DNA of 64,000 nucleotides from Alphaproteobacteria bacterium (GTDB lineage Bacteria; Pseudomonadota; Alphaproteobacteria; JAQWUY01): NCBI GenBank assembly GCA_965276005.1, contig OZ254962.1, positions 1,887,809 to 1,951,808 of the forward strand, read 5' to 3'. Shown piece by piece: positions 59,901 to 64,000 of this stretch (position 1 is its first letter; each line of letters starts with the position of its first letter). The notes under the pieces were generated by a model. It saw only the letters and a program-made list of their open reading frames with translations, ran no database searches and was not told where the DNA came from. The position numbers and the translations under genes were made by a program.

Positions 59901-60343
59901 ACGCCAGATTCTAGGGGAAACCGTGTCAGCAGCAATTTACAAAAACTGTGGATTGTTTGGATTTTAATACCGCCCGGCGTGTCGAGAACTTGGGCAAATA
60001 GCCTACGGGCGATGGCTGTATGGGTATCTGTGGGAGGGACACCTAGTACAGCGGTTAAGATGCGGTGCAATTCTGTATCCGCACACACCACCCACTGTTG
60101 TAGGTTATGGGTAATGCGGTTTTGCATTTCCGCTGCCGCCGGTTTGGTATAAGTAATAGCCAATATACTTTGCGGTTCTGCCCCGTTGAGTAATATTCTC
60201 AATACCCGTTGTACCAATACTTTGGTTTTGCCCGACCCTGCAGAGGCGGACACCCACGCATTATATCGAGGATCTGAAGCGGCAATTTGTAATGCGGTGG
60301 CTTTTTCGGTGGGATTTTGTCCGTTTTTTCTGTGCTGTGTCAT
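56915..60343 (-). CDS. addA: Double-strand break repair helicase AddA (UvrD-like helicase plus C-terminal nuclease), alphaproteobacterial AddAB type
   Basis: 'ASAGSGKTKVL' Walker A. UvrD/Rep helicase motifs. Far C-terminal PD-(D/E)xK-like 'VVDFKSN'. Probable start is ATG 60343, 2 nt after the addB stop. Confidence 0.85.
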   Translation of the reverse strand: MTQHRKNGQNPTEKATALQIAASDPRYNAWVSASAGSGKTKVLVQRVLRILLNGAEPQSILAITYTKPAAAEMQNRITHNLQQWVVCADTELHRILTAVLGVPPTDTHTAIARRLFAQVLDTPGGIKIQTIHSFCKLLLTRFPLESGVPVGFGVLEDEQALRQQVFNILAQDPACIPHLQRLMKHGGKNSFDGKIEAVFEHRYAFEKVLKNGFDIYATLGVQPSDTVDMYQRQFVQQFLDMKEIIQQFYHAIQGASGKKTAEYINAIDVLFTNIITFDVAYYFIESFYKSDGTGFSLGRGKAPAILKQNIHILQPVSSVYKTYKDKTMCLHMAQNTESLLQVADHFIRGYTRLKRVHNVLDFDDIITYTERLFSKQGIADWVTYKTDRGHQHILLDESQDTSPQQWAILRHIIEPFFAAPAQQTTAYPDHTVFAVGDDKQSIYSFQGADPQGFFDNKTHFKNMSEGAGYAFQDIPLAVSFRTVPAVLQWVDTTMARAGMTQLGTDTPIVHDAHRAAAYGRVLLLPVLYSQNNMIPKASIAYAQEIAYTIYHMLHHPTYLPSKQRMAQAGDILVLVKNRIGSFVDALIRTLNYIGVAVAGSDRLKLYENIAIKDILALLQFAILPEDDLSLACVLKSPLVGLTDEDICHFAHNRGRKTLWQAIRECPQHADAVNYLQKFLDMADFARPFEMINTVLNSPCVLHGGGVKPLTGRQAFVARLGGQVTDVIDELLQLAMTDELDNIPTIQGILDKVKNDNVEIKRDADSVQNTQVRIMTIHGAKGLEAPIVIVPDCYRAESYKETLLWNENKTHLVVANDTAQRLVAYDKLHITQHMLDKTDAESKRLLYVAMTRAEDILICGGYGRKHRNSCWYDALYGGMQDLESCRKSPYVSYKNEKIWQSESQTSKDYSQYIYEYAYNPPPTPVENMEDTADEKPTRVVPIPDWAYQDAKTESPTARPLRPSDAVTQDTTPAPSPLIQHKGAVNDMYKRGNIMHRVLENIGGIAPEKRADTVQRYLQTPRFKLDAATQREYMSEILAVIEKYPFIFAPTARAEVPVSGIVSVDGKQVPVNAVIDRLCVVGDTVWVVDFKSNRPAAATIDKVPNIYKRQLKIYGDLITAIYPHKTIRTAVLWTYNCFLLEMPS

Positions 60344-60345
60344 GG

Positions 60346-63312
60346 CTAGGTGTCCGCCTCTGTAGTGTTCCATTCTTGTTCACGAAATAGGTGTTCATAA
60401 TCGTTATATGTTTGCGATTTTCCGCTGCGATACTCCGTATAATAAGGGGTATGCACATCCATATAGGTATCGATTTGCCCATACAGCATATGTAAATTGG
60501 TGTCAAGAACCGCCATTGTTTCATGTGAAACAATTTTGAATTTGCGTTTTGTCATCCAGTATTCTGCAATGTCCACAGCACATGTGCCGATGTCCGTATA
60601 TGCCCCTTGTGTTACCATATACGCTTGTAATATCAGCTGTGGGACGGTGCCTTCGTCTATATGTTTTGCCGCAATATCCGCCCCGGTTTTATAATCGACA
60701 ACAATCGCAGTACCCTCATGTGTTATGTCAATTCTATCGGCTATACCCCTGATTTTAAAACTATTGTTCTGGGGGGTGTGCAGGGTATGGGTGCCGTCTT
60801 TTTCGAAATACATACAACGGGTTTGTTGCAATCTTTGCCAAAATTCTTTTACAAAATGGGGGGCAAAGTCGTTAAATTCGGGGATAATTTGCAACCGTAC
60901 AGCGGCTAGTCCTTGATATGGAGCAAAATGGTCGTGGGCAATTTTATCGAAACACTGTACAGCCTGTTGGTATGTAACGCTGTTTGGGTCGGCAAAGTAT
61001 GTGTCGCTCAGCTGTTGGGTAAACCGTTCTAAAATAGTATGGATAAGAGTTCCCTTAAAAGCGGGATTCACCTCAGACGCCAAGTCATCGACCTTATACA
61101 ATTTTAAAATATGCTTGGCGTATATTTGATACGGGTCTTCGTACCAAGTTTGAATATTGGTCATACTCAGCTGCTGCGGGCGCATGGCAAGCGGTGGCGT
61201 GGGTTTTGGCACCGATATTTTAACCGCTTGCCGGGTGCTGTCATCGACCGCATCGATATGCAGTGCCAAAGCCGCATAATCCGTATCTGGGGGGGGTAAA
61301 GACACACCATACGCCTTGCCCACCGCCTCGAACCGCTGCCACCAGCGGGAGGCAATGGTCGGCGTCCCCCCCTGTTTTGCCGCACGGCTGAATATAACCG
61401 TATCGCCGTTACAAGCACTCAGCACATCGTGGGCGGACACCCCGACGAATCGATCCATTGTCGGCAGCCCTACCGCCCGTGCCATAGCATTCGACACCCA
61501 TATATCCACATGGATACTAGACGGCAAAGTGCCTTCGTTACAGCCGCCAAAAATAACCGTATCCACCGTTTGCAACCGCCCCTCCAACACGCCCCAAATA
61601 TACAATCGAGGATGCAGACCGTGTATTTTCCGTACGGTTCTGCCCCGTAACAGCGATACAAACAGCTGGGTATATTCGGATATGGAAAATGTCTGTTTCA
61701 AGGTGAGTACATCGGTGTTATCCAAAATACTGGCACAGGTTTCCGCCATACTACTACCATCTTGTTTTGCCCACAGCACATCGACCCCCGCCAAGTTTTC
61801 CGCTACTTGAATATGAGCGGTTAATATGTGTTTTAAATCGGTATGCGGCGGCGATAGGGGGGTAAAATGGTCGGCGATTTCCTGTAAAAATGCCACTAAA
61901 TCGGCGACTTTTTGAGTTTTTTTGTCCTTATCGGACACCGCCCGTAAAAAGTACTTATCGGTGTCGAGACGGTGATACAAAGTGTCAATAATACCTTGTA
62001 ATCCCGCACCCATCACATATCCTCTCAAGGCAATTTTTTCCAGCTGCCGCACTTTGCGTAACAGCACCCCCCTGTCGTATCCCATATGGCACAACGGGTG
62101 TTTTAATAGTTTGACGAGAGCGGTAGGGCTAAAGTTTTCTGCCTGTGCCTGTAGTACCAATCGCATAAACACCGCCACCGGGGTTAGGTGTAACGGCATA
62201 CCGGAACTGTCATCGATATGGATATGCCAACGGTTTAAAATACTTATGACCATGCGCGACAGGTGTTTGTCTGCGGTGATTAACGCCCCAGTTTTGCCTT
62301 CCGTTTCAAGGACTTCTCTCAGGGCAAGGGCAATCGCCATCGCCTCCTCGACTGGGGTGCTGCATGTCATAAATCGCATGCCAGAAAATACATCTTGTTC
62401 CGCTTTATCGGCGGGGGAAATGGTGTTCCAATCTCGAGTACAAACCGCCGGTAAAAACACTTGGCTACAGATAGTATGCCGTTGCGGACGGGCGGCGGGC
62501 AACATCTGCGGGCGGCTATCGCCTACATGGGCTGCCATCACATAATACGGGTGGGACGGATCGTTGCGAATATCATCGGTATAGGCACTATCCGCATAGG
62601 CGGGCAAAATCACCGTGCTGTTGGGTAACCCAGCCACCTCATCGATGAGTCTACCGATAATCGGGTATGTGGCAGTAAAGCCAACACAGAATATACGGTT
62701 TGTGCGGGTGTGAAGGTGATCGATAAGGTGCCGATAACACTGCATACGATACGCCCCCACATCGCACACCCCTTGTTGTTTTAAATACGCCTGCCACAGG
62801 GGATAAAAATGCTGTAAAAATGTGGTGGTTACCGCCCAGTGATCGGACACCGCCCCCCCCATATCCCCCGCACAGTTTAAAAAATCGTCAAACGATACTT
62901 CATATAATTGTAAATTATCAAACAATTGGCTCAGCTGGTTAGCATACTCGATCGCCATAGCAAAAGAAATATTTTCTAAAGCAGCGGCAGTGTTATAATA
63001 CCCCCACACCGCATCCGCTAGCCATAGCTGTCTTTGCGTATTATCGATAGGCGGGGCAATATACGCCCCGCCGTAAAATTCTGTGGTGTCGGTGATGCTG
63101 TCGTCATGGGATATACTGATAATGTGGGGCATAAGGGTAGGGGTGCCATCAAATTTCCGCAAAATGTCCGTCTGTAACGCTTTGGCAAGGCGGTTTGTCG
63201 GTACGAATATGTGCGTGTCTGCCACCTGCTCAGCGGATATATTTTCCGCATACACCAAACGCAACACTTGCTGTAAAAAATTATCGCCAATGTGGGTCGA
63301 ATACATTGCCAT
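60346..63312 (-). CDS. addB: Double-strand break repair protein AddB (inactive-helicase / nuclease subunit)
   Basis: 988 aa immediately upstream of addA. C-terminal PD-(D/E)xK/RecB-like nuclease region 'IADRIDITHEGTAIVVDYKTG'. Typical alphaproteobacterial addB-addA gene order. Confidence 0.8.
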   Translation of the reverse strand: MAMYSTHIGDNFLQQVLRLVYAENISAEQVADTHIFVPTNRLAKALQTDILRKFDGTPTLMPHIISISHDDSITDTTEFYGGAYIAPPIDNTQRQLWLADAVWGYYNTAAALENISFAMAIEYANQLSQLFDNLQLYEVSFDDFLNCAGDMGGAVSDHWAVTTTFLQHFYPLWQAYLKQQGVCDVGAYRMQCYRHLIDHLHTRTNRIFCVGFTATYPIIGRLIDEVAGLPNSTVILPAYADSAYTDDIRNDPSHPYYVMAAHVGDSRPQMLPAARPQRHTICSQVFLPAVCTRDWNTISPADKAEQDVFSGMRFMTCSTPVEEAMAIALALREVLETEGKTGALITADKHLSRMVISILNRWHIHIDDSSGMPLHLTPVAVFMRLVLQAQAENFSPTALVKLLKHPLCHMGYDRGVLLRKVRQLEKIALRGYVMGAGLQGIIDTLYHRLDTDKYFLRAVSDKDKKTQKVADLVAFLQEIADHFTPLSPPHTDLKHILTAHIQVAENLAGVDVLWAKQDGSSMAETCASILDNTDVLTLKQTFSISEYTQLFVSLLRGRTVRKIHGLHPRLYIWGVLEGRLQTVDTVIFGGCNEGTLPSSIHVDIWVSNAMARAVGLPTMDRFVGVSAHDVLSACNGDTVIFSRAAKQGGTPTIASRWWQRFEAVGKAYGVSLPPPDTDYAALALHIDAVDDSTRQAVKISVPKPTPPLAMRPQQLSMTNIQTWYEDPYQIYAKHILKLYKVDDLASEVNPAFKGTLIHTILERFTQQLSDTYFADPNSVTYQQAVQCFDKIAHDHFAPYQGLAAVRLQIIPEFNDFAPHFVKEFWQRLQQTRCMYFEKDGTHTLHTPQNNSFKIRGIADRIDITHEGTAIVVDYKTGADIAAKHIDEGTVPQLILQAYMVTQGAYTDIGTCAVDIAEYWMTKRKFKIVSHETMAVLDTNLHMLYGQIDTYMDVHTPYYTEYRSGKSQTYNDYEHLFREQEWNTTEADT

Positions 63313-63767
63313 TATATTGTGTCCTTCAGTATATCGCCTATGCCTATATGGTGCGATTTTTGCGGACGGATGTCGATGGTGCGGGTGTTACCCGTGCCGG
63401 TAATCGTGATATGCAAACTATCACAAGGCACATGTGCAGCGGCTTTTTCCGCCCATTCTATAAGGCTGATAGCCGTACAAAACGCCTGTTCCACGCCCAG
63501 TTCGAACACTTCATCCGGGTGGTTTAAACGGTACCAATCCATATGCCATATGGGGGCAATTGCTGCCTCATACACTTGTACCAAAGTAAATGTGGGGCTA
63601 GGCACCGATACATCGCCCACCAAATAGCGGATAATCGCCCGTGCCAATGTGGACTTTCCCGCCCCTAAATCCCCGTGCAAGCACACCACATCCCCCGCTT
63701 GCAAACACACGGCGATAGCCCTTGCCAATATGTCCATCTGCAACAGGGTATATACACGATGGATCAT
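63312..63767 (-). CDS. tsaE: tRNA threonylcarbamoyladenosine biosynthesis protein TsaE (YjeE)
   Basis: 'LHGDLGAGKSTLARAIIRYL' P-loop. '…WHMDWYRL…' resembles the TsaE family. Confidence 0.8.
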   Translation of the reverse strand: MIHRVYTLLQMDILARAIAVCLQAGDVVCLHGDLGAGKSTLARAIIRYLVGDVSVPSPTFTLVQVYEAAIAPIWHMDWYRLNHPDEVFELGVEQAFCTAISLIEWAEKAAAHVPCDSLHITITGTGNTRTIDIRPQKSHHIGIGDILKDTI

Positions 63768-64000
63768 AATATCATGCCCGTTTGTTGCCGATTTTGTCTG
63801 TGTAATGCTTCGATGTATGCGGTGCTGTTGCCGTTTTGCATATACTGTACGAAGGCTTTGACGAAATCCACCTTATCCGCAGGGGCATAGGGTATGGATT
63901 TGCCAATATACACATCCGCAGGTCCCCACAGCTGTAATTTTACACTCAATATGGCTAGTAGCAACATGCCCGTACCGTCTTTTTTGTATATGACATTTTC
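63764..64000 (-). CDS. Hypothetical protein, 5'-partial (frame open to the window end)
   Basis: Reading frame continues without a stop to nt 64000. Only the C-terminal ~78 aa are in the window; no diagnostic motif. Confidence 0.3.
   Translation of the reverse strand, partial: ENVIYKKDGTGMLLLAILSVKLQLWGPADVYIGKSIPYAPADKVDFVKAFVQYMQNGNSTAYIEALHRQNRQQTGMIL

Noticed and set aside
63764-63967. Calling the terminal minus-strand ORF complete from its first ATG (67 aa)
   Set aside because: The frame stays open to the window edge, so the gene is more likely 5'-truncated by the window than a genuine 67-aa protein.
1-64000. Looked for CRISPR arrays, rRNA genes and additional tRNAs
   Set aside because: I found no regularly spaced direct repeats with unique spacers and no rRNA-like conserved blocks. 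Only one tRNA (Thr-GGU) was found by manual stem inspection. A covariance-model scan is still advisable for ncRNAs.

Overview
This 64-kb window looks like chromosome from an alphaproteobacterium, possibly an intracellular or endosymbiont-like lineage (my inference from AddAB, Hda, the mnmG-rsmG-parAB cluster, and ankyrin, Sel1 and TpsA proteins). Core genes run roughly 42-50% GC; accessory segments drop to about 30-35%.

Housekeeping content, in order:
- der and a yfgM-like gene.
- A TRAP transporter (dctPQM) next to an enolase-superfamily fuconate-dehydratase-like gene.
- A porin, an O-antigen-ligase-like gene, ubiD, and two tandem BamE-like lipoproteins.
- aspS, rnd, hda and an AI-2E transporter.
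- ndk and an unannotated rpmF (under the 60-aa ORF cutoff).
- pepA-holC, divergent from lptF-lptG-lptD-rsmA.
- sbp, mntR-like, miaA.
- mnmG-rsmG-parA-parB with a near-consensus parS site.
- mnmE-trxA-addA-addB-tsaE.

Accessory content, which I find more interesting:
1. A degraded island beside tRNA-Thr(GGU): an AAA/DUF4143 ATPase, a mini IS1595-family element with 19-bp terminal inverted repeats, a Fic-like remnant and a cysJ 3' remnant.
2. A 2.5-kb low-GC cassette flanked by ~22-bp direct repeats. It carries an EcoRI-family-like N6-adenine/N4-cytosine methyltransferase (NPPF motif) translationally coupled to a DUF262+HNH nuclease. A G15-16 homopolymer sits 10-25 nt upstream of the methyltransferase start, making it a candidate phase-variable restriction-modification or defense module.
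3. An AbiL-like pair (AAA_21 ABC ATPase plus RloB/Toprim-like protein) and a Sel1-repeat gene wedged between miaA and mnmG.
4. A ~1660-aa TpsA/FhaB-like exoprotein (TPS domain, FG-GAP repeats, Gly/Ala-rich low-complexity region, short C-terminal domain) with no adjacent TpsB, bracketed by A14 and G11 homopolymer tracts.
5. Three tandem paralogous polytopic membrane-protein genes after parB.
6. LptD with a 7x internally repeated N-terminal region, and a hendecad-repeat coiled-coil membrane protein built on 33-bp tandem repeats.

I saw no CRISPR array and no rRNA gene.
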